A stretch of DNA of 64,000 nt from Phycisphaerae bacterium (GTDB lineage: Bacteria > Planctomycetota > Phycisphaerae > UBA1845). The stretch is from NCBI GenBank assembly GCA_963666835.2, contig CAXXGO010000001.1, positions 1,472,001 through 1,536,000 on the forward strand, in the 5' to 3' direction. The position numbers and the translations under genes were made by a program. Of this stretch, positions 37,670-47,962 are shown piece by piece (position 1 is the first letter of the stretch; every line of letters starts with the position of its first letter). The notes under the pieces were generated by a model that made no database searches, was not told the origin of the DNA, and saw only the letters and a program-made list of their open reading frames with translations.

Positions 37670-39547
37670 ATGTTGACCAAGTATCTTAGGCGGTCTCCGC
37701 TGCGCAGAAAGCGGGCGGTGGTCGCTGCACAAGTCGCCGCCTGCCTGGTGGCGATGGTTGGCTTCGCTGCGCTCACCGTTGACGTGGGGGCAATATACAA
37801 CGCGAAAGCCGACCTCCAACGTACCGCAGATGCCGCCGCCCTAGCCGCCGCCGGCCAACTTGCGGAATATGGAAGTGGCGATCCCATACCACTCGCCACC
37901 GCGGCAGCACTGAACATCACCCACGAGAACCGGGTTCTGGGCCAGACCGTAACGATGAATCTGGAAACGGACCTCGTCTTCGGTCGGGCGTCGTTCAACA
38001 ATGCGGCCAACGAGTACAACTTCGTTGCGACTACGTCGATGCCCAACGCGGTCAAGGTCCGGGTCCGCAAAACTGCAGACTCGCCCAACGATTCGCTGGT
38101 CCTCTACTTTGCGCGCGTCTTCGGGGTCGCCAGTACGGACATCGCCGCCGAAGCAATGGCCGTTATGGTCCCCAGAGATATCTCCATCGTAGCGGATCTC
38201 TCTGCCTCGCACACGGACGACAGCGAGCTGTGTCATTACCAACTGACGGATATTAACCTTCTGGATGTGTGGGCCGGGCTCCCAATTCCGAAGGGTAACA
38301 ACGGAGTAGGTAACGGCATCGACCCGCCCCCTCCGGGAGACCCGGATAACCCCAATGACGATATCGGAACCGGCCCCGGCCACCCCGGCAATCAGGGCGG
38401 TAACCCGGATCCCGGGGCAAGTCCGCTGGGCGGGCAGATCGGTCCGACTTGGGGCTGGATGTACTATTGGGGCAACAACCTGGACGGAGACTTCGACCCC
38501 GCCGTTGATCCCGGTCTGATGCACTTCCCGAGATCCCAGGATTGGACCAACGACGATCTGGTCACTTGGTACCAGCAGGTGGGCTACTCCGCCGACGAGA
38601 TCAACGCTCTTCTGAGCGCTGAGTTCGACGACGCCTCGAGCTCATCTACAGACGCGTGGTCGTGCCGCGTGGCCGTTGCCCTGGGACTCGCCCGGTGGGA
38701 CAGCGGAATACCAGGCGGACTCTGGGAGTCTCTCCCGCCCGGGCTAGCCAACAACGGCAACGGCAACAACTGGGTCGGATCGAGTGAACTTACCTGGTTG
38801 GTCGACTATCCCTTTGATTCGGGCTCGTGGCAAGACTACATCTACAACTATGTCGGCAGCACATCAACGACCATGTACAGCGCCAACAGCGACTTCCGAT
38901 ATCGCTTTGGGCTCAAGACGTTCGTCAATTACGTCCTGGAAAGACGGGTCTCACACAGCCAGACCCCGGAACTCGCGGACACGCCCACACAGCCCATGCA
39001 GGCTGTCAAAGATGCCGTCGATTTCATGGTCACCATGATTGACGGTCTCGATTCGGACGACCAGCTCTCGCTGGAGATCTACGGCCGCACCGCGCATCAC
39101 GAAGTCGATCTCACCCAGGACTACCAGGCGGTCTCCGATCGGCTGCTCGAGATGCAGGCCGGGCACTACGATTCCTGGACGAACATGGGAGGCGGATTGG
39201 AAAGAGCCGTCGAAGAACTGTCGAGCTCCCGGGCGCGTGCATTATCGCACAAGGTCGTCATTCTGTTGACCGATGGTAACGCCAACACCGACGCCTTTGG
39301 GAACTACAGCATGCAGGGTGCAACGCAGTACGCTTTGGAGCAGGCGGAAGCGGCCGCGGCCATCGGAGCGCGGATCTTCGCCGTCAGCGTCGGAGCGGAT
39401 GCGAATCAGAGCATCATGCAGCAGATCGCCGAGATCGGCGACGGGGAACATTTTCACGCGGAAGGTTCGATCGAGGAGTATAGCCAACAGCTTACGGACA
39501 TCTTCCAGCGTCTCGGCTCCAAGAGGCCGGTCGAGTTGATCCAATAA
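37670..39547 (+). CDS. TadG-like pilus protein with vWA domain, paralog 1
   Basis: ALTVDVG....KADLQRTADAAALA; MIDAS-like DLSAS; TN.GGGL; ILLTDG. Confidence 0.9.
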   Translation: MLTKYLRRSPLRRKRAVVAAQVAACLVAMVGFAALTVDVGAIYNAKADLQRTADAAALAAAGQLAEYGSGDPIPLATAAALNITHENRVLGQTVTMNLETDLVFGRASFNNAANEYNFVATTSMPNAVKVRVRKTADSPNDSLVLYFARVFGVASTDIAAEAMAVMVPRDISIVADLSASHTDDSELCHYQLTDINLLDVWAGLPIPKGNNGVGNGIDPPPPGDPDNPNDDIGTGPGHPGNQGGNPDPGASPLGGQIGPTWGWMYYWGNNLDGDFDPAVDPGLMHFPRSQDWTNDDLVTWYQQVGYSADEINALLSAEFDDASSSSTDAWSCRVAVALGLARWDSGIPGGLWESLPPGLANNGNGNNWVGSSELTWLVDYPFDSGSWQDYIYNYVGSTSTTMYSANSDFRYRFGLKTFVNYVLERRVSHSQTPELADTPTQPMQAVKDAVDFMVTMIDGLDSDDQLSLEIYGRTAHHEVDLTQDYQAVSDRLLEMQAGHYDSWTNMGGGLERAVEELSSSRARALSHKVVILLTDGNANTDAFGNYSMQGATQYALEQAEAAAAIGARIFAVSVGADANQSIMQQIAEIGDGEHFHAEGSIEEYSQQLTDIFQRLGSKRPVELIQ

Positions 39548-39632
39548 TATCGCAGGACGTCGTGGCCGATCGCCGCTGATCGGTCCGCTTTTCACCGTCC
39601 GAGAAGCCGGCTGCCCTTACCGAGGTGCCCTT

Positions 39633-39665
39633 ATCGTGCCGGTGCGAGAATCGCACCGGCACGAT
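39633..39665. terminator. Perfect 15-bp hairpin between convergent genes
   Basis: ATCGTGCCGGTGCGA-GAA-TCGCACCGGCACGAT. Confidence 0.65.
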
Positions 39666-39679
39666 TCTGTTATCGGGGA

Positions 39680-40129
39680 CTACTTGTCCAGGTGATCGAT
39701 GTCGTTTACCCAGACGCCCCCTGATGCGGCGTGATAGAGCCAGCCCACCGTGGCAGCGCCGCTAACAACGGTCGGCGGGTTAGCATTTGCAGCAGCCCAT
39801 CCCGTCGCCCCCGTGCGAGGGCCGATCGGACACGGAGGAATCTCGCGTAGATACGGGCCGAACTTGTAGGTGGCCGACGGATTACTGGACATAGCTCCGC
39901 TGATGGACGTGTACTTCGCTATAGCTGTCAAAGCGCCCGGGTAGTTCCCCTCGTGTTCGGCAGCATATACGTCAAGAGCGGTTCGCATGGCAGCTAAGTC
40001 GCCCTCCAACGCAGCCAGCCTCGCACCCTTCGCCGCTTGGGAAATGCGTGGTACCGCGATCGCCGCGATCGTCCCGATGATCACAACCACGATTACCAAT
40101 TCAACGAGGCTGAATCCACGCGTCTTAAT
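39680..40129 (-). CDS. Type II secretion/type IV pilin-like protein (GspG-like); probable ATT start
   Basis: In frame upstream of the ORF-track start: KTRG-FSLVELVIVVVIIG.IAAIAVP; later L..MR.ALD.Y...H.G.YP and GPYL..IP. Confidence 0.85.
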   Translation of the reverse strand: MKTRGFSLVELVIVVVIIGTIAAIAVPRISQAAKGARLAALEGDLAAMRTALDVYAAEHEGNYPGALTAIAKYTSISGAMSSNPSATYKFGPYLREIPPCPIGPRTGATGWAAANANPPTVVSGAATVGWLYHAASGGVWVNDIDHLDK

Positions 40130-40833
40130 AAGACGTCTCCAGGGTATAAGTGGGCGCCAGCTACCGGGTGAACAAACTCCGCGGATTGAATATCGGTTGC
40201 GAGAAGCACGGCCAATACCTCGGCGACAACCGTACGCCGAGTAAGAACCCCGCGTGCCTCGATTATCAGGCTAAAGCCCGCCGGAATGCCGCAAGACCGT
40301 CAAGCAACCGCCCAAGGTCAACCGCGCCTCGCGATGTGCTCGACACCTGCTGGCAACCCCAACGTCCGAGAATCCACAGAAACGCTCCGGTACGCAGTTT
40401 TCTTCGTTCGGCATTGGCCTGCGTTGCTCTTTGTATTGTACGTTGAACGTAGCCTATTACTAGGATTGCGCACGGTGCCGCAATGCGGCAGAAAGGGGAG
40501 GGGCCGTAGGCAAAGCAGCTCCTGTAGATTTCGATCGTCAGGGACACCGTTCAGGATCATGATTCTCTCGTGTAGGACCCCATTGGGGGATTACACCTCC
40601 ACCGACTCCAACGCCCGAATCGGGTATGGAGAGGGACTTGGGTTAATACGAGAGAATCTCTTTAGACTCGGCACACCCCATGCATTTGGCGGTGTGTTGC
40701 TGAACGGTTCCGGTCGATAATCGCGGTGTATGCCCGCTCCTCTGTGTATATTAACCAAGCCTCTACCGGGAAACCGGTTCGGGCTTAACTTTGGCTTATT
40801 AGGGTGCCCTCGGGCACGTTGGGGGGAGCAGAC

Positions 40834-42669
40834 ATGACAGGTCATTTCCTGCGAAAGGCAAACAAGAAACAGAAACGAGCGGTGGTGGCCGTACAGGTCG
40901 CAGTGTTCTCAGTAGTGTTGGTCGGCATGGCCGCGTTGACCATCGATGTGGGTGCCATGTACAATGCCAAGGCCGATTTGCAGCGGACGGCCGATGCGGC
41001 GGCACTGGCCGCAGCCGCACAACTCTCGGAATACACCGACGGCCCTCCGATAGACTCAGCAACAGAGGTGGCGCTCCAGTACGTCCAGAATAATCCCGTG
41101 CTGGGCCAGACCGTAACGCTCAACGTGGAAACGGACATTGTGTTCGGCCGGGCAGACTTCATCGAAGGAGAGTACACGTTTACTCCCGACTCGGTGATGC
41201 CGGACGCCGTGCGGGTTCGCGTGCGGAAGACTATCGACTCGCCAAACGACTCGCTTTCGTTGTACTTCGGGAAGGTCTTTGGCATAACAAACACTGAGCT
41301 GTGGGCCGAATCGGTAGCGGTTATGATGCCTCGCGATATCGCAGTTGTCGCGGACCTTTCCGGATCACACAACGACGACAGTGAACTTCGGCAATACAAG
41401 TCGACCGAGGTCAACGTCCACGAGGTCTGGGGCGCATTCCCCGGCGGTGTGGGCGACATAGATTCCTCCTGGGGCCCGGAGGAAGACCTTCCGGCGGATT
41501 GGATTGAGGAGGACGGCAGTATCCCCCAGGCAGCTGGACCGGCTTGGGGGTATATGCGAGAACTGGGGTATGGTACTTTGGACTGGGAACCGGGCGGGCT
41601 TCACGATCCCGACTATGATCCCACGGCGGACGACGGGCTGATCCGACTTCCGTACAATCAAGACTGGTCGGATGCCGAGTTGGAGGCTCACCTCAGCGAT
41701 CAAGGCTATAGCGCAAACGAGATAGACGCTATCATGAGCGATAGCTACGACTCCGACGGCGCATACCAATACCGAGTTGCCGTAGCTCTCGGTCTCGCGT
41801 TCTGGAACAGCGGTAAGTCCGGCGGACTTTGGGAGTCGCGTGGCGTCGATCCTTCAGACACCGGTAACGGCAACAGTTGGATCGGCAGCTCGGAGCTGGA
41901 CTGGATTGAACCCGTCTTCAGTAAGTCCATAAGCACCTCGAAGAGCATCTGGTTGGACTACATCAACAACTACGTGAAATCGAGCTCCACGACGATGTAC
42001 CAAGCCAACCACTCGTTTCGTTATCGCTTCGGGGTCAAGACGTTCACGAACTACCTCATGGACCGACGTCCAAGCCACAGCCAGACTCCGGAGTTAGCGG
42101 AGTCCCATACCCAGCCCATGCAAGCGGTCAAAGACGCTGTCGAGTTCATGGTCGGGTTCGTGGACGAGCTGGACACCGACGACCAGCTCTCGTTGGAGAT
42201 TTACGGCCGCACTGCCCATCACGAGGTTGACCTGACCCAGAACTACGCCGAGGTCAGCAACCGCCTCAACGAGATGCAGGCCGGCCATTATGATACCTGG
42301 ACCAACGTCGGCGGGGGGCTGGAGCGGGCCATCGAGGAACTCGAAAGCGACCGGGCGCGGGCTCTGTCTCGCAAGATGATCATCCTGCTGACGGACGGAG
42401 TCGCCAACACCGATGAGCACGGCAATTGGGACGAGGACGGCGCAGTCGATTACGCCTTGGCCCAGGCCCAAATAGCCGCTGACAATGGCGTGAGAATTTT
42501 TGCAGTGAGTGTTGGAGTGACCGCCGACCAGAGCCTGATGCAGCAGATTGCCGAGCTTGGCCACGGAGAACACTTCCACGCGGAAGGTTCAATTGCCCAG
42601 TACAGCGCCGAATTGGCCGATATCTTCCAGAGACTAGGTAGCCGTCGACCGGTCGAGTTGATCCGGTAG
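40834..42669 (+). CDS. TadG-like pilus protein with vWA domain, paralog 2
   Basis: Collinear with paralog 1; DLSGS, ILLTDG; GGAG RBS before ATG 40834. Confidence 0.9.
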   Translation: MTGHFLRKANKKQKRAVVAVQVAVFSVVLVGMAALTIDVGAMYNAKADLQRTADAAALAAAAQLSEYTDGPPIDSATEVALQYVQNNPVLGQTVTLNVETDIVFGRADFIEGEYTFTPDSVMPDAVRVRVRKTIDSPNDSLSLYFGKVFGITNTELWAESVAVMMPRDIAVVADLSGSHNDDSELRQYKSTEVNVHEVWGAFPGGVGDIDSSWGPEEDLPADWIEEDGSIPQAAGPAWGYMRELGYGTLDWEPGGLHDPDYDPTADDGLIRLPYNQDWSDAELEAHLSDQGYSANEIDAIMSDSYDSDGAYQYRVAVALGLAFWNSGKSGGLWESRGVDPSDTGNGNSWIGSSELDWIEPVFSKSISTSKSIWLDYINNYVKSSSTTMYQANHSFRYRFGVKTFTNYLMDRRPSHSQTPELAESHTQPMQAVKDAVEFMVGFVDELDTDDQLSLEIYGRTAHHEVDLTQNYAEVSNRLNEMQAGHYDTWTNVGGGLERAIEELESDRARALSRKMIILLTDGVANTDEHGNWDEDGAVDYALAQAQIAADNGVRIFAVSVGVTADQSLMQQIAELGHGEHFHAEGSIAQYSAELADIFQRLGSRRPVELIR

Positions 42670-42686
42670 AGCCGACGCTGCAACAC

Positions 42687-42731
42687 GGGCGCCGGCGAAA
42701 CGGAGGGTTCGCCGGCGCCCGGCGTGTTTTT
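42687..42731 (+). terminator. Hairpin/terminator after TadG paralog 2
   Basis: GGGCGCCGGCGAA...TTCGCCGGCGCCC then GGCGTGTTTTT. Confidence 0.5.
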
Positions 42732-42789
42732 ACGAGACGCTCCGCAAGGAGCGCTCCCGGCTGTCAATGAAGGAACGTTGAAACAGCCC

Positions 42790-43977
42790 ATGGGGCAAGA
42801 CGTACGTTTCATCGTGCTGAACACCGACGAGGGTTCCGTAGGGGATCTGCGCGCCCAGGTGCTCGGCGTCGGCGGAGTCAAGATCGTCGCCGAAGTGGAC
42901 GAACCCGCCCTGCTCACCCAGGCGGTCAAGCAGTTTCCCATCGATGTCGTCCTGGTCAATCTAGACCCTACTCCGGACGTGATCCTCCCGGTGATCGCCG
43001 AAGCGGTCCAGGAGTCACCCAACCTGACGATCTTCGCCACGTCCGAGTCAACGGACGGGCAGCTCATTCTCAAAGCCATTCGGGCGGGAGTTAAGGAGTT
43101 CCTCCCCAAACCGATCGACGCCGAAGCTCTGACCGAGGCGATCAGCAAGGTCGCCACCCAACGGACTGACGCCGCCCCGATGGGCACTTTGATAACGGTC
43201 ATGGGTACGGCCGGGGGCGTCGGAGCGACGATGCTCGCGGCTAATCTCGCGACGGAGTTGGCGACGGTCACCGACGGGCGGGTGACAGTAGTGGACCTGG
43301 ACTACCGGTACGGTCAGTTGGCGACTCTGTTGGACGTGGATCCGACCTACACCATTGCCGATCTCTGCGCCACCCCCGAGTTGCTGGAGCCCGAAGTCAT
43401 CGAGCGGGCCCTGGTCCGGCACAGCAGCGGCTTATCGGTCCTGAGCAGGCCGAACAGTCTAGCCCAAGCCGAGACGATCACTGCGGCATCTTGTGTCAGC
43501 GTCCTGTCCAGCCTGCTCCAGCTCAACGAGTACGTGGTGGTCGACGGTCCGAACCGGGTGGATCCCGGTGCGAAATCAGTATTGGACCTCTCGGACGTCA
43601 ACCTGCTGTTGGTCCAACTCCTCGTGCCCACGGTGCGCAACGCGCTCCGTACGCTCGAAGGTCTCCGCGAGAGCGGCGCCAGCCTGCAACGCACCCGACT
43701 CGTCTGCAACCGTATCGGACGTGACGCCGGGCACCTCAGTGTCGACGATGTGTCAGAGACTCTGGGGATGCCGGTATTCTCCTCGATTCCGGATGATTGG
43801 GCGACCGTCAGCGCCGCCATCAACCTCGGAGAGACTCTGCAATCGCATAGTCCGAAAAGCAGAGTTCGCCAGACCATAGAGGAAATCGCCGTTCGGCTGC
43901 ATAGCTCCGGTTCCCCGTCCGATGAAAGGAATACGGAGAAGAAGGGGATACTCGGCCGAATCTTCGCAACAAGCTGA
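42790..43977 (+). CDS. cpaE: CpaE/TadZ receiver + MinD-like ATPase
   Basis: Receiver-like N-terminus (RAGVKEFLPKP); deviant P-loop GTAGGVGAT; VDLD. Confidence 0.92.
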   Translation: MGQDVRFIVLNTDEGSVGDLRAQVLGVGGVKIVAEVDEPALLTQAVKQFPIDVVLVNLDPTPDVILPVIAEAVQESPNLTIFATSESTDGQLILKAIRAGVKEFLPKPIDAEALTEAISKVATQRTDAAPMGTLITVMGTAGGVGATMLAANLATELATVTDGRVTVVDLDYRYGQLATLLDVDPTYTIADLCATPELLEPEVIERALVRHSSGLSVLSRPNSLAQAETITAASCVSVLSSLLQLNEYVVVDGPNRVDPGAKSVLDLSDVNLLLVQLLVPTVRNALRTLEGLRESGASLQRTRLVCNRIGRDAGHLSVDDVSETLGMPVFSSIPDDWATVSAAINLGETLQSHSPKSRVRQTIEEIAVRLHSSGSPSDERNTEKKGILGRIFATS

Positions 43978-44088
43978 CCCGGCGGGCAATCGAGTCCACG
44001 GAGGGTCGTGCCGGCAGCGCGGAATTCCGCAAGGCGCTTGGGCCGAGATTGCGTAAGCCCCGGTCATTAACTGTGTCGGATAACGCTT

Positions 44089-45507
44089 ATGTTCGGCAAA
44101 CGAATGCCCAGCAATATCGCGGCGCCGCCGGCCAAGACGCCCCCGGCCAAACCTGCGACACCCAAACCGGGGACAACGGCTAAGCCGACTGCCCCCGCCC
44201 GGACGGCCGTATCCAAGGAGAAGACCGATCAATTCAACGCCTTGAAGATGAGGTTGCACCGCAAGCTCATCGACCAGCTCGACCTGACCCGAATGGTGGG
44301 CGAGGAAGAGGATCTCCGGGAGCAGGTCCGTGAAATTGTCTCGCAACTCGCCGACCAGGAGAATACGCTGCTCAACTTCAACGAGCGGCAGCGACTCATC
44401 AACGAGGTTCTCGATGAGACGTTCGGCCTGGGTCCTTTGGAGGTAATCCTGGCCGACTCGTCGATCAGCGACATCCTGGTCAACGGGCCGAAACAGGTCT
44501 ATGTCGAGCGCGGCGGAAAGCTCGGCTTGGCTGAGATTCAGTTTCGCGATAACGCCCACTTGATGCACGTGATCGACAAGATCGTCAGCGCCGTGGGACG
44601 ACGTTGCGACGAAACTTCGCCGCTGGTCGACGCCCGCCTGGCCGACGGCAGCCGAGTTAATGCGGTCATCCCGCCCTTGGCTATCGATGGGGCGAGCATG
44701 TCGATTCGTCGGTTCGGTGCCGACCCACTGACATGGGACGACTACATCAACTTCAAGTCCTGCACGCCGCAAATCCGAGATTTTCTGGAGGCGTGCGTTA
44801 AGTCTCATCTGAACATCCTGGTCATCGGGGGAACCGGATCCGGTAAGACCACCCTGCTGAACAATCTGTCGTCGTTCATCCCGGATTCAGAGCGAATCGT
44901 CACCATGGAAGACGCTGCGGAACTGCAGCTTCGCCAGCCGCACGTGGTCCGCCTCGAATCCCGCCCCGCGAACATCGAGGGCAAAGGAAAGATCGCGATC
45001 AGAGACCTGCTTATTAACAGTCTGCGAATGAGGCCGGATCGTATCGTAGTCGGCGAGTGCCGCGGACCCGAAACGCTCGACATGCTCCAGGCGATGAACA
45101 CCGGACACGACGGCTCCCTGACCACCCTCCACGCTAACAGCACCCGGGACACGGTGGCCAGAGTAGAAACCATGGTGATGATGGCCGGGTTTGATCTCCC
45201 CCTTCGCGCCATCCGCCAGCAGTTCGCTTCCGCCATCAACGTAATTGTCCAGGCTCAGAGACTGACCGGCGGACCGCGAAAGATCACCAGTGTTACCGAG
45301 GTCACGGGAATGGAAGGCGACGTGGTGACCATGCAGGACATCTTCGCCTTCGAGCAGTTGGGCGTGAACTCCGCAGGCAAGGCTTTCGGGCAGTTTGTGG
45401 CCAGCGGCATCCGACCCACTTTCCTGGAGAGGTTTGCAGCAACCGGATGCCCCGTCGATCCATCGTTGTTTGAACGCCAAGTGCTGTTGAAGGATGACGT
45501 CGAGTAG
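44089..45507 (+). CDS. cpaF: Tad pilus ATPase CpaF/TadA
   Basis: GLGPLE, GGTGSGKTTLLN, LRMRPDRIVVGECRG, AMNTGHDGS.TTLHAN. Confidence 0.97.
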   Translation: MFGKRMPSNIAAPPAKTPPAKPATPKPGTTAKPTAPARTAVSKEKTDQFNALKMRLHRKLIDQLDLTRMVGEEEDLREQVREIVSQLADQENTLLNFNERQRLINEVLDETFGLGPLEVILADSSISDILVNGPKQVYVERGGKLGLAEIQFRDNAHLMHVIDKIVSAVGRRCDETSPLVDARLADGSRVNAVIPPLAIDGASMSIRRFGADPLTWDDYINFKSCTPQIRDFLEACVKSHLNILVIGGTGSGKTTLLNNLSSFIPDSERIVTMEDAAELQLRQPHVVRLESRPANIEGKGKIAIRDLLINSLRMRPDRIVVGECRGPETLDMLQAMNTGHDGSLTTLHANSTRDTVARVETMVMMAGFDLPLRAIRQQFASAINVIVQAQRLTGGPRKITSVTEVTGMEGDVVTMQDIFAFEQLGVNSAGKAFGQFVASGIRPTFLERFAATGCPVDPSLFERQVLLKDDVE

Positions 45508-45531
45508 ACCGGTCCATTAGAGGTTTCACCG

Positions 45532-46563
45532 ATGGTGTCGATTTCCATCCAAGCGTTCGCGAGTTCGTTGTCCGGACCACCGTTGCTGGCGGCCGGCGGT
45601 GACGCGCTCGTGCTGATTCTGCCGATCGTAGGCTCGATGCTGCTCTTCTACGGCATCTTCCAGGTGGTCGTGGAATCACGAACGTCGAACCGCAAGAAAA
45701 TGCAGGACCGCCTTCGCGGACGGCGCACCAAGACCCAGAAGGAACCTTCGTCCATCATGCGCCGCGGAGCGCTGGGCCATTCCAAGTCATTCGCCGATGT
45801 GGTGATCGGAAAGGCCAAATTCGTTCCCAAACTGCAGACCTTGCTGGACCAAGCCGACGTCGACTGGTCGGCATCTCGAATGCTCTTCAACCTGGTCGCA
45901 GTTGCGGTGGTCGCGCTGGTCGGGTTAATTATCTTCCAGTTCAACCCGGTGGTGGCGGTGGCGACCGCAGGCGCCGTTCTGGCCCTGCCGCTGATGTGGC
46001 TCAGCATGCGCCGCGCCCGACGCATGCGCCGGATCACCAACCAGCTCCCGGACGTATTCGACATGATGAGCCAGGCCCTCCGCGCAGGGCATGCCCTCGG
46101 TGGAGCCATCCAGCTCATTTACGAGCAAATGCCGCCGCCGATCGCCACGGAATTCGCCCAGGTCTACCACGAACAGAACCTCGGCATCAGAATCGAAGAC
46201 GCTCTGCAGTCGATGGCCGACCGCGTGGATTCTCTCGACGTCCGGTTTTTCGTAACCGCGGTGATGATCCAGCGTCAGACCGGTGGTGACTTGGCCGAGG
46301 TACTGGAGAACATCAGCGGGGTAATCCGCGAGCGAATAGAACTGGCAGGGTTGGTACGCGGCCTGACTGCCGAGGGGCGGCTCTCGGGCTGGGTGCTCTT
46401 CGCGCTGCCCATTCTAGTGTTCCTGGCCGTCACCCAGCTAAACCCCGACTACGCCACGCCTCTCTTCGAGGAGACCTTGGGCAAAATACTCCTCGCCTTG
46501 GCAGCCGGGATGCAACTGATCGGGCTCGCGATGATTCGCTGGATTGTCAATATCAAGGTCTGA
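45532..46563 (+). CDS. tadB: Tad inner-membrane protein TadB
   Basis: QLPD...M...LRAGH, IQRQTGG.LAEVL, LTAEGRLS. Confidence 0.93.
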   Translation: MVSISIQAFASSLSGPPLLAAGGDALVLILPIVGSMLLFYGIFQVVVESRTSNRKKMQDRLRGRRTKTQKEPSSIMRRGALGHSKSFADVVIGKAKFVPKLQTLLDQADVDWSASRMLFNLVAVAVVALVGLIIFQFNPVVAVATAGAVLALPLMWLSMRRARRMRRITNQLPDVFDMMSQALRAGHALGGAIQLIYEQMPPPIATEFAQVYHEQNLGIRIEDALQSMADRVDSLDVRFFVTAVMIQRQTGGDLAEVLENISGVIRERIELAGLVRGLTAEGRLSGWVLFALPILVFLAVTQLNPDYATPLFEETLGKILLALAAGMQLIGLAMIRWIVNIKV

Positions 46564-46630
46564 ATGTGTCTCTGCTACAGCGTGAACCACTCTCTGACAG
46601 ACAGGCCATGACGGGATTGGAGTCCACGGT

Positions 46631-47563
46631 ATGACGATTTACATGATCGGCGGCATGTTGATGCTCGCGATCGTCCTTATCACCTTCGCCTTGTGGCCCA
46701 GATCGAAGGGTGACGGGGACGCCATCAAACGCCGTATGGCCGGGCGAAGCGCCCAGTCCAATATCGCGCGCGTTCGGCAGCAGGCCAAAGAATCGGTTGC
46801 CAAGCGAGTGATGGATAAGGTTACTCCGATAGCCGTGCGTCCATCTATGGTGACCAACGCGGAGGAGATGTCGAAACTCCGGATCAAGCTGACCACGGCG
46901 GGGTTCCGAAGCGAGAAGGCCCCGATGACCTTCCTGGCAAGTAAGACCGTCGTCGCCATGCTCCTCGGTCTCGCGGTCGCCGCCTACTGCTGGGCCAAGG
47001 GCACTCCCGTGCAGACGGCGGTTGGCGGCGTGATGCTTGGCGCGGGGTTCGGGTTCCTCGCCCCGAACCTCTGGCTAAGATCCGCAACTCAGAAGCGAAT
47101 GGACCAGATCCGCAAGGGGCTGCCGGACACCCTGGATATGCTGGTGATCTCGGTAGAATCCGGGCTCGGACTCGACGCCGCTTTTCAGAGAGTCGGAGAC
47201 GAGCTGCGCAAGGTCCACCCCACGTTGTCTGAAGAGCTTCAACTGGTCACTCTCGAATCCCAGATGGGGATTCCGCGCTCGGAGGCCCTGGGCAACTTCG
47301 CCACCCGGACCGGTCTTGAAGAGTCGAGATCGCTAGTCGGCGTCATCAACCAGGCCGAGCGCTTCGGCACCAGCATCGCCGCTGCGCTGCGCCGGCAATC
47401 CCAGGCGTTGAGAATCAAGCGACGCCAGGCCGCCGAAGAGAAGGCTCAACAGACCACGGTCAAGCTGATGTTCCCGCTCATCTGCTTCATTTTTCCGGCC
47501 ATTCTGGTCGTATTGGCCGGACCGGCCGCTCTGAAGATGATCGAGATGTTCACTAACCAGTAG
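46631..47563 (+). CDS. tadC: Tad inner-membrane protein TadC
   Basis: LPDTLD.LVI.VESGLGLDAA, QAERFGTSI..ALR, AEEKA...VKL.FPL...IFP. Confidence 0.93.
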   Translation: MTIYMIGGMLMLAIVLITFALWPRSKGDGDAIKRRMAGRSAQSNIARVRQQAKESVAKRVMDKVTPIAVRPSMVTNAEEMSKLRIKLTTAGFRSEKAPMTFLASKTVVAMLLGLAVAAYCWAKGTPVQTAVGGVMLGAGFGFLAPNLWLRSATQKRMDQIRKGLPDTLDMLVISVESGLGLDAAFQRVGDELRKVHPTLSEELQLVTLESQMGIPRSEALGNFATRTGLEESRSLVGVINQAERFGTSIAAALRRQSQALRIKRRQAAEEKAQQTTVKLMFPLICFIFPAILVVLAGPAALKMIEMFTNQ

Positions 47564-47664
47564 GTCGGGCTCAGCCCAATGGTACTAACCTCGGGAGACG
47601 AGAGAGTCCTCTCTGATGTGCGGACTGCGTCCCGTCCGAGTACGCCGACGGCGTTGCGCTTTCC

Positions 47665-47962
47665 AGCCCGAAGGGCTCAGATCAAGTAGCCGGGGGCAAG
47701 GCCGCGCAACGGCCGCCGCCCCCGGACTCGGTCCCCGCAACCTCCCTGACCCTGGAGGGGTCAAATAGCCCCAGTGAATGTGCTTCGCCATTGACTTCTG
47801 ACGCATTCTCAAAGAGGCCGGGCAGCCGAAACGGACGCGCGGTTCATCGCCACCGTCTCTTTCACCCTGTCAGCGTGATTGGGATTGTTGGGACCCCATC
47901 CGGGGGCGGCGGCCGCTGCGCGGCCTTGCCCCCGGATATTGTCTTGCAGGCTTTCAGCCTGA
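47665..47962. repeat. Inverted pair of REP-like palindromes
   Basis: CCGGGGGCAAGGCCGCGCAACGGCCGCCGCCCCCGG (~47690) and its near reverse complement (~47900), flanked by AGCCCGAAGGGCT and CAGGCTTTCAGCCTG hairpins. Confidence 0.65.

Noticed and set aside
32595..47563. Tad locus as a novel secretion system
   Set aside because: Gene set and order match known Tad/Flp systems; only the specific oddities are reported
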